This document shows positions 46,232-56,831 of a stretch of DNA of 64,000 nt, one piece after another. Below the pieces are notes generated by a model. It was not told where the DNA came from and ran no database searches. It saw only the letters and a program-made list of their open reading frames with translations. The position numbers were made by a program, and so were the translations under genes. Each line of letters starts with the position of its first letter. The first letter of the stretch is position 1. This DNA comes from an uncultured virus (IMG/VR IMGVR_UViG_2061766007_000155) (Duplodnaviria > Heunggongvirae > Uroviricota > Caudoviricetes): IMG/VR virus record IMGVR_UViG_2061766007_000155; one strand, 5' to 3'.

Positions 46232-47755
46232 GTGAGTAACGGCATCTCCCTGAAAGACTTTACTAAGGCTTTCGAATATACGAAGACCCAGAGCGGACCG
46301 GTGAAGCCGGCCCGCACTACCTCCGTCAAGATGATGAAGGGTACGCTCGGCCCGGTCGGCGACCAGACCAAGCAGGACTGGGACCATCGCACCTACGAGA
46401 ACAAGAGTCTCCTCCAGAAGAAGAACTACCTTAGCCTGAAGGACATCGCCGTGAAGATTATGGCGGAGTCCACGTCGTCCACTTCCTATTCCCCGATGCG
46501 TCTCAACCTCAGCGGGATGGACATGGACAAGACGTCAATCAACGGCGAGTTCGTGTGCGACGGCGAGCCGGTCACCATGAACCTCAGGTACCCGAACACC
46601 AAGGGCAACATCAGCGTCGAGCTGGCCCTTGACGACGGCAACAGCACGCTGTACACCGTGCCTCTCGAGTCAGACCAGTTCAAGGGCAACTTCGCCCAGT
46701 CAATCCGACAGACCGCACGCAACCTCATCACCAAGGTTTCCGACGAGGAACGCAACAACATGATGAACGGCGTGGGCATGGTCAAGATGCCGGGCGACAA
46801 CTTCAACGACACCCTGGGACTCGCCGCGGGCGACACCAACAATATCACCCGCTACGAGGCGGTCGACTGGAAGCTCAACAAGCTCCTCGACATATGCAAC
46901 CAGGCGGAAGCCCAGTTCGAGGCCGAGGACTTCAGTGCCGAGGACTTCAGTCTTCCCGGCGGTGATGCCGGTGGCGACATGGGCGGGGGCCTCGGCGGTG
47001 GCGACATGGGCGGCGCACCGGCAGACGGAACCGAACAGCCGCAGGATGCCGGGGACGTCAACGGGGTCAACGGCGGCAACGGCAAGGGCGACGAGACCTT
47101 GGAGTTCCGCGAGTTCTGCATCCCGAGCGACCCGGACAACGGTTCCGGCCTTTCACAGGCTGCATGGGACAACATGGCCCAGATTGTGTCCGACGCAATC
47201 AACTACGTCAACGATAACCAGGCAGGCGGCGTGAAGCCGTCCGCAACTGAATGGTACGAGGGCTTCCCGGGCGTCAAGAACATGATTCCCGACGAAATTC
47301 TCGACCAGTTCCTCTCCTTCGACGACTACAAGGCGCTCGACACCACCCTCCCCATCAAGGGCCTGAGGCAGTTCGCCCACGCGCTCGAGGGCGGCAAGGT
47401 CGACGTAACCAAGTTCAAGACCGACCTCGGCAAGTGGTTCCCTGAAGTGTACAACACCGACGGCACCGCAATGCATGACGTCGCAAAGGAAACCGCCGCC
47501 ATGACGTTCCCGCAGGACGACAACACCGGCGTCGGCCAGGGTCTCGACCAGAGCGCCCCGGTGGACTTCGGCGGAATCGGCGAGATGGGCGACATGATGG
47601 ACAACGCCCATTCCATGGTCGGGAACGGCATGGACGACGGCATGGACGACAACCTCGACGCGGGTATCGACATGTCAGAGAACGGGAGCAATTCCGAGGA
47701 ACCCGGGAAGGACAAGACCGAGATGGCCATCGACTCCCTGGACAACCTGTTCTAG
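46232..47755 (+). CDS. Late hypothetical protein with acidic G/D/M-rich low-complexity tracts
   Basis: GAGG RBS plus GTG start; 507 aa; followed by a terminator. Confidence 0.75.
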   Translation: MSNGISLKDFTKAFEYTKTQSGPVKPARTTSVKMMKGTLGPVGDQTKQDWDHRTYENKSLLQKKNYLSLKDIAVKIMAESTSSTSYSPMRLNLSGMDMDKTSINGEFVCDGEPVTMNLRYPNTKGNISVELALDDGNSTLYTVPLESDQFKGNFAQSIRQTARNLITKVSDEERNNMMNGVGMVKMPGDNFNDTLGLAAGDTNNITRYEAVDWKLNKLLDICNQAEAQFEAEDFSAEDFSLPGGDAGGDMGGGLGGGDMGGAPADGTEQPQDAGDVNGVNGGNGKGDETLEFREFCIPSDPDNGSGLSQAAWDNMAQIVSDAINYVNDNQAGGVKPSATEWYEGFPGVKNMIPDEILDQFLSFDDYKALDTTLPIKGLRQFAHALEGGKVDVTKFKTDLGKWFPEVYNTDGTAMHDVAKETAAMTFPQDDNTGVGQGLDQSAPVDFGGIGEMGDMMDNAHSMVGNGMDDGMDDNLDAGIDMSENGSNSEEPGKDKTEMAIDSLDNLF

Positions 47756-47778
47756 CGGAATACAGCAAGATTATACGG

Positions 47779-47806
47779 ATGCGGGGGCTTCGGCTCCCGC
47801 ATTTTT
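47779..47806 (+). terminator. Intrinsic terminator with a cUUCGg loop
   Basis: ATGCGGGGGC-TTCG-GCTCCCGCAT-TTTT; allelic copy at about 48139-48167. Confidence 0.85.
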
Positions 47807-48201
47807 GTATTAGTTTCCTTCCCGTAAAAGAGGAAATTATATGTCTACACCGAAACTTACAATGTTCAACACAGTGACCGGCTTCCGCGAGGCGGTCTCG
47901 TTCATCGGTTTTTCCTGCGAGTCCGAGGACAGCAAGGTGCACGTCGAGACATTCGTCAACGAGGACGAGGACGGGCTCGTGTTCATGAAGCTCACCACCG
48001 ACAAGGGCGCAACCGCCCTCATCGACGCCACGCTCAAGGCTGAGTGCCTCGACAGCGATGCGTACGTGAACCTAAGCGACTTCTTCGTCATGTGCGACAA
48101 GGGGGTCAAGGANNNNNNNNNNCCAGCAAGAATATATGGATGCGGGGGCCTCGGCTCCCGCATTTTTGTATTAGTTTCCTTCCCGTAAAAGAGGAAATTA
48201 T

Positions 48202-49332
48202 ATGTCTACACCGAAACTTACAATGTTCAACACAGTGACCGGCTTCCGTGAGGCGGTCTCGTTCATCGGTTTCTCCTGCGAGTCAGAGGACAGCAAGGTG
48301 CACGTCGAGACGTTCGTCAACGAGGACGAGGACGGGCTCGTTTTCATGAAGCTCACCACCGACAAGGGCGCAACCGCCCTCGTCGACGCCACGCTCAAGG
48401 CGGAGTGCCTCGACAGCGACGCATACGTGAACCTAAGCGACTTCTTCGTCATGTGCGACAAGGGGGTCAAGGACGGACTGGTCGCCATGTGGGTATCCGA
48501 CGGCCGGCTCTATATCGGCTCCTCCTACAACGAGGGCCTGGAGTGCTTCGAATCGGAGGCCAGTCTTCCCATGCTCGAGCCGTTCGAACTGGACGAAGGC
48601 TTCTCGCCGGACATCACGCTGCAGATTGAACAGATGGTAATGTCGTCCCTGATTGACTCGTGCTACAACTTCGAGAACGTGGAGATTGCATGCAACGGGG
48701 GGACGTTCTCGTTCCGCACCGGGGACTCCCGGGTGTGCATCGCGACTCTCCCGTATACGGTGAAGGTCCTGGGCGTGGATTCGTCGCTGGACGTGGATGA
48801 CTTCTCCGCGTCAATCCCGGTGAACGTGTTCAAGATTATGCCCACCGTCAGCACGGACCCGGTATGCTCGTTCGACTTCGACTTCACTAGGAAGAAGGTC
48901 AGGGTCGCCGGGAAGCTCTACGCCATCACCTACAGCTACGGCGAGGGGAAGCTCCGCACGGGAAGCAGCGAGGGCATGGAATCGTACATGAAGTTCGACA
49001 CGCTCGGCATGATGGCGACAATCGACATGATTTACGGTCTCAACTACATGGACCCCATCGCCCCGGTTAAGCTGGTCCCGCTGGACGAGAACACCGTGGA
49101 AATCAAGTACGGGTACAAGGACCGGTATGCCGGCACAATCACGATGACCGGCGTGAAGATGATGGATACGAAAAAGTCCATCGACTTGCCGATGGACGTC
49201 AGTACTATGATGGTGAGGAATGCCGGCACTGCCGTGCTCGAGATGCTCCATTCCGACGACGGGAGGTTGTTCCTTACGTTCGCCAGCGCGAAGAGCAAGT
49301 TCGCACGGAAGTGCATGTACTTCGGCGACTAG
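48202..49332 (+). CDS. Divergent bacterial beta-clamp (DnaN)-like protein; partial allele at 47841-48112
   Basis: 376 aa; AYVNLSDFFVMCDKGVKDGLVAMWVSDGRLYI, ITLQIEQMVMSSLID, FRTGDSRVCI and SASIPVNVFKIM fall in the positions of DnaN elements. Confidence 0.55.
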   Translation: MSTPKLTMFNTVTGFREAVSFIGFSCESEDSKVHVETFVNEDEDGLVFMKLTTDKGATALVDATLKAECLDSDAYVNLSDFFVMCDKGVKDGLVAMWVSDGRLYIGSSYNEGLECFESEASLPMLEPFELDEGFSPDITLQIEQMVMSSLIDSCYNFENVEIACNGGTFSFRTGDSRVCIATLPYTVKVLGVDSSLDVDDFSASIPVNVFKIMPTVSTDPVCSFDFDFTRKKVRVAGKLYAITYSYGEGKLRTGSSEGMESYMKFDTLGMMATIDMIYGLNYMDPIAPVKLVPLDENTVEIKYGYKDRYAGTITMTGVKMMDTKKSIDLPMDVSTMMVRNAGTAVLEMLHSDDGRLFLTFASAKSKFARKCMYFGD

Positions 49333-49979
49333 CCCTCGGAAAGGTCGGAACTATCGTCGGGAGGCAGTTCGCTGTCTCCCGTTTCCGTATCCGCAGCATC
49401 GTCGGGGGAACCGGGCTCGATGTCGGACATCGCGTTGACGCTGCCGCCGTCGTCCTCGGAGCCGAAGTCGCCGAAGCCTTCTTCCGCAACGGAGTTGACC
49501 GCGTCCATCCCCTCGTCGGAGAAGCCGAGGTCCATGTTGTCGATTCCGCCGCCACCTCCGAAACCGCCACCGAAGCCGCCACCGTCACCGAAGCCGCCCC
49601 CGAAGCCGCCGCTATCGCCAGCTCCGAAGTCGCCGAAGTCGCCGAATCCGTCGTCCGCGCCGAAGATGTCGGAACCGGGTGCCGGATTGTTCGGGTCGAA
49701 CCCCATGATTCTCTGGTACTCGTCATCGTCGCTCTGCTGTTCTTCCGGGTGCTGGAGTTCCTTGCGGAGCTCGTTCACCGCCGCGTGGACCATGTCCTGC
49801 GAGTCGCCGCCCATCGGCTGTGTACTCGGGTCGTCGAGCGCCTTGTCGTGCAGCTCAATCATCTTGCGGCGGAACCTGGCCTTGACCTCGCTTACCGGGA
49901 GGCCCGATTCCTGACTGAGTTCGTTGAAAATCGGCAATTCGTGGCTTACCGTGGCCGTTTTCGGGATATTGATGTCCAT
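49329..49979 (-). CDS. Late protein with a G/F/D-rich disordered C-terminal half
   Basis: GAGGA RBS; ATAAACT at 49999-50005 (minus); GFGDFGDFG...GGFGGGFG tract. Confidence 0.75.
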   Translation of the reverse strand: MDINIPKTATVSHELPIFNELSQESGLPVSEVKARFRRKMIELHDKALDDPSTQPMGGDSQDMVHAAVNELRKELQHPEEQQSDDDEYQRIMGFDPNNPAPGSDIFGADDGFGDFGDFGAGDSGGFGGGFGDGGGFGGGFGGGGGIDNMDLGFSDEGMDAVNSVAEEGFGDFGSEDDGGSVNAMSDIEPGSPDDAADTETGDSELPPDDSSDLSEG

Positions 49980-49998
49980 AGGTGATTCCTCATTGTGC

Positions 49999-50045
49999 AG
50001 TTTATTCTGCGTGGAATTGTAAAATATTGCGTCATCATATAAACT
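49999..50045. promoter_or_regulatory. Divergent putative late promoters
   Basis: AGTTTAT at 49999-50005 and TATAAACT at 50038-50045; both are conserved in the allele at 50237-50290 while the spacer varies. Confidence 0.75.
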
Positions 50046-50325
50046 TTCGAGCAAATCAAACCAACTAGGAAGGTATTTACCATGGCATACAGCCTCGAAG
50101 AAGAAGATAAGATGCTCTCCCTGTTCGAGAGCATTGCTAACCAGCCAATCGAACAGCAACGCCCGTACAACGAGGTGCGTAACCCGAAGCCGATGATGGA
50201 ATCCGCCTGCTTCGAAGGAACCAAGGNNNNNNNNNNATGTGCAGTTTATTCTGCGGGGAATCGCAAAATATTGCGTCATTATATAAACTTTCGAGCAAAT
50301 CAATCCAATTAGGAAGGTATTTACC

Positions 50326-51116
50326 ATGGCATACAGCCTCGAAGAAGAAGAAAAGATGCTCTCCCTGTTCGAGAGCATTGCCGAACAGCCAATCGAACAG
50401 CAGCGCCCGTACAACGAGGTGCGCAACCCGAAGCCCATGATGGAATCCGCTTGTTTCGAGGGGACCAAGGTGGACTTTTCTAGCTGGACTACCGACTCCA
50501 AGAAGGTAGGAAAGGCCAAGACGGCTTCAAATCCGGACCTTAGCAAGGGTAACAAGGCAGTCAAGGGCGTTCCGGCTGCAGCCAAGAGCACCCAGGCTGC
50601 AACGAAGGGTACCGACAAGCCGGTTACCGAGAACGATACCGTTACCGNNNNNNNNNNTCCAAGAAGGTCGGCAAGGCCAAGACCGCTTCTAACCCTGACC
50701 TCAGCAAGGGTAACAAGGCAGTCAAGGGTGTTCCGGCTGCAGCCAAGGGCACCCAGGTTGCAACGAAGGGTACCGACAAGCCGGTTACCGAGAACGATAC
50801 CGTTACCGAGAAGAAGGAAGACAAGCAGGTCACCAAGCTCGTGACCGAAGACGCCTCCCACGAAGCCAAGGGTGAACCGCAGGCAAAGTCCGGCGCATTC
50901 GACTCCAAGGCAAAGTCCGCGGCTTCCTCTCAGCGTTCCAAGGCAGACTCCAACAAGAAGTTCTCCGAGGAAAGCAAGAAGCAGCGCAAGATTCAGATGT
51001 TCAAGGACTTCGTGAAGAGCCTCGGCGTCGACGAGGAATCCAAGGCAGCTGCCGAGAAGGTGCTTAAGAAGTTCGACGAGATTTCCAAGCACATCGGCGA
51101 ACCTGGCGACAAGTAG
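50326..51116 (+). CDS. Lys/Glu/Ala-rich late protein, possible prohead core/scaffold; allelic start at 50082
   Basis: MAYSLEEEEKMLSLFES...; many hydrophobic-X-E sites; fragments overlap across a 10-N join. Confidence 0.6.
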
Positions 51117-51143
51117 CCGCACATGACATTTATNNNNNNNNNN

Positions 51144-51689
51144 AACCTGTTCCGCGACTTCGTGACGAGCCTCGGCGTCGACGAGAAGAGCAAGGCCGAC
51201 GCAGCCAAGGTCCTGAAGAAGTTCGACCAGATTTCCAAGTATATCGGCGAACCGGGCGACGGCAAGTCCAAGCCGAAGCTGGAATCCGCCATGGTCGAAG
51301 GCATCCAGTGGGGCAGCGAACTCGATGATGCGCTGAAGTCCGATGCATCCAAGGCGTCCGAGAAGGAATCCAAGTTTTTTAACGCATTGACCAATGAACT
51401 GAACGCTCTGAAGGAACGTATCTTTGGTAAGGACGAAGCCCACTATTTCAGCACGGAAGTTAGCGGCTCGACGGACAGCATCCTGGTTCTTCGCCAGGGC
51501 AAGACACGTCTCCACAATGAAACGGAAACCTTGGCTTTCATTCCAAAGAAAGTTGTGGAAGGCAGTCTAGAAATCAATCTCAGCAAGAAAGGCCGGAAGC
51601 AATCTTTCAAGGTGCCGCTTCATACATATGATGAGGAAGAACTCAAGAAAGTCATCCTTAGCATTGCCCGCGGGTGGACTAATCTGTAA
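51144..51689 (+). CDS. Alternative 3' end of the preceding gene, with an added domain of about 130 aa
   Basis: FRDFVTSLGVDEKSK...IGEPGD matches 50998-51113 but reads on through KPKLESAMVEG. Confidence 0.6.
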   Translation, partial: NLFRDFVTSLGVDEKSKADAAKVLKKFDQISKYIGEPGDGKSKPKLESAMVEGIQWGSELDDALKSDASKASEKESKFFNALTNELNALKERIFGKDEAHYFSTEVSGSTDSILVLRQGKTRLHNETETLAFIPKKVVEGSLEINLSKKGRKQSFKVPLHTYDEEELKKVILSIARGWTNL

Positions 51690-51723
51690 ATCACTCGCAT
51701 AATCAGTCGAACATTATTTTAGC

Positions 51724-51749
51724 AAATCCCGGGATTTCCCGGGATTTTC
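51724..51749. terminator. Intrinsic terminator
   Basis: AAATCCCGGG-ATTT-CCCGGGATTT. Confidence 0.75.
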
Positions 51750-51794
51750 TGTTTTAAACCCCGGAAAACTTGCTATATTTGTTCTTGGAAACCT

Positions 51795-54700
51795 ATGGAA
51801 AATGTATCGACAACGCCCTCGCTGGACCCGAGGGTTGCACAGCGTGCACTAGGCACGGCCACGGTTCTGTCCGGAAAGGAGGAACCGCAGCAGTACCGAA
51901 TGTGGTCCGCCATCTACCATGACCGGGACACTGACAACCTGTTCCTCTGGTACGACGACGGGACGCTTGAACAGAAGCGTATAGTTAACACGTTCTACAC
52001 CCCCAACAGNNNNNNNNNNGGGCCGCTTCCCGGCGGCACACCGCGCAGAGTACCCAATCAACTGCGTCACCATCTACTTTTCTGCTACCGACAACTATGT
52101 TACTTATGGCGTAGGCCGCGACATCGACGATGACGTGAAGGAGGCCATGGCCAAGGAGAACGGCAAGTACGTCCTCTGCGCGACCGAGGCCGACCTTCTT
52201 CGCCAGCTGTTTACCGAGATTGGAAATAACGAAGTCGCAATCCTTTCGGGTTGGAACTTCTCCTACGATACCACGTACATGGTTAACCGCGCCGAGAAGC
52301 TCGGCGTCGAGCTGAAGCTCATGTCCAGGCTCCCCGCCCAGTTCAAGAAGGCGTGGGTTACCAAGGATGGCGAGCTGCAGATTGCCGGCACGGAAGTCAT
52401 CGACTTCCTGGCGCTCTACCGCAAGTATACTTTCTCCGAAGAACCTTCCTACAAGCTGGACTACATCGGCGGCAAGGTCTGTAACGAACACAAGGCCCCG
52501 CTCCCTGACGGATACAGGTCCTGGAAGAACTATTGGTCGCAATTCATATACTATAACTGGCAGGACGTACGCCTGCTGAAGAAGATTGAGCTAAAGGAAC
52601 GCATGTTCCAGCTGTGCGTGACCGCTGCTGCGGAAGCGCACGTCCCGTTCTCGTTTGTTTTCGAGTCCAAGAAGATGCTGGTCGGGTTCGTGATGAACTA
52701 CCTGCACCAGAACGGCATGGTGTTCCCCGCATACAGGGAACAGCAGAAGGAAGAATACCCCGGTGCATTCGTGTACTCTATTCCGGGATTCTACGAATGG
52801 CTTGTATCGTACGACTATCGTTCGCTGTATCCGTCAATCATGATGACGTTCAATACCTCTCCGGAGACGAAGGTCATCAAGCCGATGGACTACGTGATGA
52901 CCGAGGAAGAGAGAGCGACGCTTATCGAGAGCCCGTGGACTCACAACGGCAAGTACAGGGTTTACTTCAGGAAGGACAAGGAAGGCATCGTCCCGAAGGT
53001 CACTCGACTCCTGTTCGACGGCCGCGCGAACCTGAAGAACAAGATGAAGGCCGCCAAGAAGGCGGGCGACCACGANNNNNNNNNNCAAGAAGACCGGTCT
53101 TTCCAAGGTCAAGATTATGTTCCACGACGGTATCGTGTGGGGCAGCGAAGGACATCGCATTCTCTACAGCCGTTACAGGCTCACTGACTTCTGCCGCATG
53201 ATGGACGCGGTTATCCTTGAAGAGAAGCTTGACGAGTTCATGCTTGCCTACGCTACAAAGTGGGGATACCTCAAGAACGAGCTGTTCCTCAAGCGCGAGA
53301 AGTGCATCTACAAGGCAATCGTCACCGCGAAAAAGAAGTACATATGCGAAGCCGAATCCAACGAAGACATCGTCTACCTGGACAAGGAACCGGTGAAGGA
53401 CNNNNNNNNNNNNNNNNNNNNNNNNNNNNNNNNNNNNNNNNNNNNNNNNNNNNNNNNNNNNNNNNNNNNNNNNNNNNNNNNNNNNNNNNNNNNNNNNNNN
53501 NNNNNNNNNNNNNNNNNNNNNNNNNNNNNNNNNNNNNNNNNNNNNNNNNNNNNNNNNNNNNNNNNNNNNNNNNNNNNNNNNNNNNNNNNNNNNNNNNNNN
53601 NNNNNNNNNNNNNNNNNNNNNNNNNNNNNNNNNNNNNNNNNNNNNNNNNNNNNNNNNNNNNNNNNNNNNNNNNNNNNNNNNNNNNNNNNNNNNNNNNNNN
53701 NNNNNNNNNNNNNNNNNNNNNNNNNNNNNNNNNNNNNNNNNNNNNNNNNNNNNNNNNNNNNNNNNNNNNNNNNNNNNNNNNNNNNNNNNNNNNNNNNNNN
53801 NNNNNNNNNNNNNNNNNNNNNNNNNNNNNNNNNNNNNNNNNNNNNNNNNNNNNNNNNNNNNNNNNNNNNNNNNNNNNNNNNNNNNNNNNNNNNNNNNNNN
53901 NNNNNNNNNNNNNNNNNNNNNNNNNNNNNNNNNNNNNNNNNNNNNNNNNNNNNNNNNNNNNNNNNNNNNNNNNNNNNNNNNNNNNNNNNNNNNNNNNNNN
54001 NNNNNNNNNNNNNNNNNNNNNNNNNNNNNNNNNNNNNNNNNNNNNNNNNNNNNNNNNNNNNNNNNNNNNNNNNNNNNNNNNNNNNNNNNNNNNNNNNNNN
54101 NNNNNNNNNNNNNNNNNNNNNNNNNNNNNNNNNNNNNNNNNNNNNNNNNNNNNNNNNNNNNNNNNNNNNNNNNNNNNNNNNNNNNNNNNNNNNNNNNNNN
54201 NNNNNNNNNNNNNNNNNNNNNNNNNNNNNNNNNNNNNNNNNNNNNNNNNNNNNNNNNNNNNNNNNNNNNNNNNNNNNNNNNNNNNNNNNNNNNNNNNNNN
54301 NNNNNNNNNNNNNNNNNNNNNNNNNNNNNNNNNNNNNNNNNNNNNNNNNNNNNNNNNNNNNNNNNNNNNNNNNNNNTGAATTCTCGAAGATACCACGGTA
54401 TATGGCGTCTACACTTTCGTGAAGCTCTTGGTCGTCACCAATTACTGCGTCGGTGAATTTCTCGATGGCGGATGCCGGTGCTGAACCGGCAGCTTTATGG
54501 TCCCTGATGCGTTGTTTGGATTCCTCATGCCGTTTCGCTTGCTCGGTATGCGCGGCTTGTATTTTTTCGAGAGCGCCTTGTGCTTCATCTGACTGTTTGA
54601 ATGTACCGTCCGGCATTATAAAAAATGGTTTCCCATTCAGTTGATGCGAGTCTACCACGGCAACGGGGTCGGCTTGGGTGCCATCGTCAAGCAGAAATAC

Positions 54701-56823
54701 GTCGCACTCCTTTGATGGCAAGAGTGTTTTGGTGATTTCATTAAAATTGGAATCTATTACCGTGTAACCCTCGTTATATGGTTTCTCGATATAGCCGGTT
54801 ACCTTAGCATAGCCTCGGTCGTTAAATGGGTCTATAGCACAATAGTCGCGGGTGTTAAGCGTATTACCTTCCGGCGATATTGCCTTGGCACTAATTTCGT
54901 CGTTGGCATCGCGGAAATAACAAATGGCATTTCCGAAATTCGGCTGAGGAATTGCGCAAAAACTATTCTGCTGTAACAGATAGGAATAATCGCCGTTAGT
55001 ATCCCTATGCAACAAATTGCATGCGCCATCTTTGGATACCAGAGTAGATGTCTTGGATAGCGGTACTGCATTGTCATATACTTCTTTTACAGGCATTCCA
55101 CTGTTTACTCTAAATAGGGCATAGTTAAGTGCTCTGGAATGAACCGTCTTAACATGTAATTGTCCAATTTTTTCTCTGGTATTGCTGAAGATGATTCGGA
55201 CGTTTTGTAACTCTTTGATGTTATTGATATTCAGCTCATGCTCCCAGTTATAGTTTTTGTGCCTGCCGCCCAGATACGCAGTAAATGCAAAGTTGATGTC
55301 GTTGGGCTCAGCTTCAGCTGCTATAAGCACCGGTAATTGGTCCATGTTGGCGTGCATGAAAAGCCAGCTAATACCATAGCATCTTGGCGTTGCAAACTTC
55401 ATTGAGACGTTTGGGTCAGTGCTGAATGAACTGAAGCGTTTTGATGTGTTGCTCATTGACTTCAGCAAGATTTCACGTACCTTATTCTCCGGTATTTTGG
55501 AAAATGCAGACATGGAAGTCTCCCAGTCAGCATCCTTGGGAACACCGGAAATTTCATCTTTCGATAGAATTGCCCCGCGGTATACCGTAGTTGTTCCGTG
55601 CCTGTGTTTTTTCAGAAATTCTATAGTAATGTTTGCATTTTCTGCATCAAAGTACTTCTTTGCTTCCTCGACGTCGCCATGTTCGTAGGCGGCTTTTAAT
55701 TTTTCGTAGTTGGGGTCAGTGGATGGCATCGTGTCGATAACGCCATCTATGTAGGCGAGCCATAGGGTATGGTCGTCCCGTTTCTTGGTTTCGACCCAGC
55801 GAGCGCCTTCCTCATCATTATATGGGTTTTCATCCCCGTTATCATATGTAATGGTATCATTTCTGCCGGATTTTGCATAAGCATCGGCATTTTTCTTTAG
55901 ATGGTCGCCATATTGCTCGATTTCGTGCTCCGTCCACTCATAGCTCTCGAACAGGCCGGCGTAGATTTTCATGGCCTGCTCGCAAAGTTTCTTGTCAGAA
56001 CCGGTAATTTCCCTAATAAGTGACGGCATCGTTTTCATATTAGGCAGTTTATTGCTATATTTAAGTAAAAGGAATGACTTATGGCTGACGNNNNNNNNNN
56101 GTGAGCATCGGCTCTATGGAACTGACGCCTGACTTCGCGGTGACCGGTCTGGAAATCGTGCGTAGTTCTACCACGCTGTTCTCCCGCGAACGCATGATGG
56201 ANNNNNNNNNNATAAGCATCGGCTCTATGGAACTGACACCTGACTTCGCCGTGACCGGTCTTGAAATCGTGCGTAGTTCTACCACGCTGTTCTCCCGCGA
56301 ACGCATGATGGACATGGTGAAGCTCATGCTGAAGACGATGGACAAGGCGGTCGTGCGAGAGCGCCTGCTTGAAATCAAGCGTGAGTTCTACCAGGCTGTC
56401 AAGGATGGCAAGTACTCGTACATCGCCATGCCGTCAGGCATGAAGGAAGAACCGGTTCCGTACCCGATTCAGTGCAGGCTTCCCCAGGAAGAACTCGGGA
56501 AGCTCGACTGGAGACGCCGTGCCGCGTCCGTATGGAACTACCTCATCGAGAACGACCCGGTGCTGTCCAAGGAGCCGTACGAGCCGATTACGGCCGGCGA
56601 GAAGATGAAATTTCTAAAGAAAGCGGACGAGGACTATGGTGTTAGCATCATCTGCTATACCGGAAACGAATGCCCGCAGCGTCTTATCGACCTGTTCCAT
56701 ATCAACTGGGATGAGCAGTGGAAGGTTTCCGTTGCCCAGATTCTCGGCCGTCTGTTCACTGCAGTCGGCTGGCCGGAAGAACTGGAATATGACGAGAGCG
56801 ACGCGATGCTCGAACTGATTTAG
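51795..56823 (+). CDS. Family B DNA polymerase, T4 gp43-like; fragments at 51795-52009, 52020-53075, 53086-53401 and 56101-56823 (54377-56090 belongs elsewhere)
   Basis: Exo motifs SGWNFSYDTTYMVNR, SYKLDYIG and YNWQDV; YPGAFV; SYDYRSLYPSIM; AKKKYI; GLEIVRSST. Confidence 0.92.
54377..56038 (-). CDS. Putative ADP-ribosyltransferase (R-S-ExE type) with an N-terminal leader and a beta-repeat-like C-terminal region; 3' end lost in a gap
   Basis: TTVYRG, RFSSFSTDPNVSMKFA and NWEHEL in the canonical order; AT-richer than the backbone; ATAAACT upstream. Confidence 0.65.
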
Positions 56824-56831
56824 GAGACATT

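Noticed and set aside
49329..49700. Nucleoporin-like FG-repeat mimic
   Set aside because: G/F/D low-complexity tails are common in large-phage head and portal-associated proteins, and nothing else here indicates a phage-nucleus system
1291..51515. Long antisense ORFs (e.g. 1291-2577, 34653-35819, 36385-37860, 49329-51515)
   Set aside because: They are shadows of GC-rich, codon-biased sense genes or run through N gaps, and have no RBS or motifs
53402..56100. Intron, intein or mobile insertion splitting the DNA polymerase
   Set aside because: The intervening piece is gap-bounded and its end matches the clamp-loader upstream region at 58504-58552, so it is a misplaced allele; no splicing or homing-endonuclease motifs were seen
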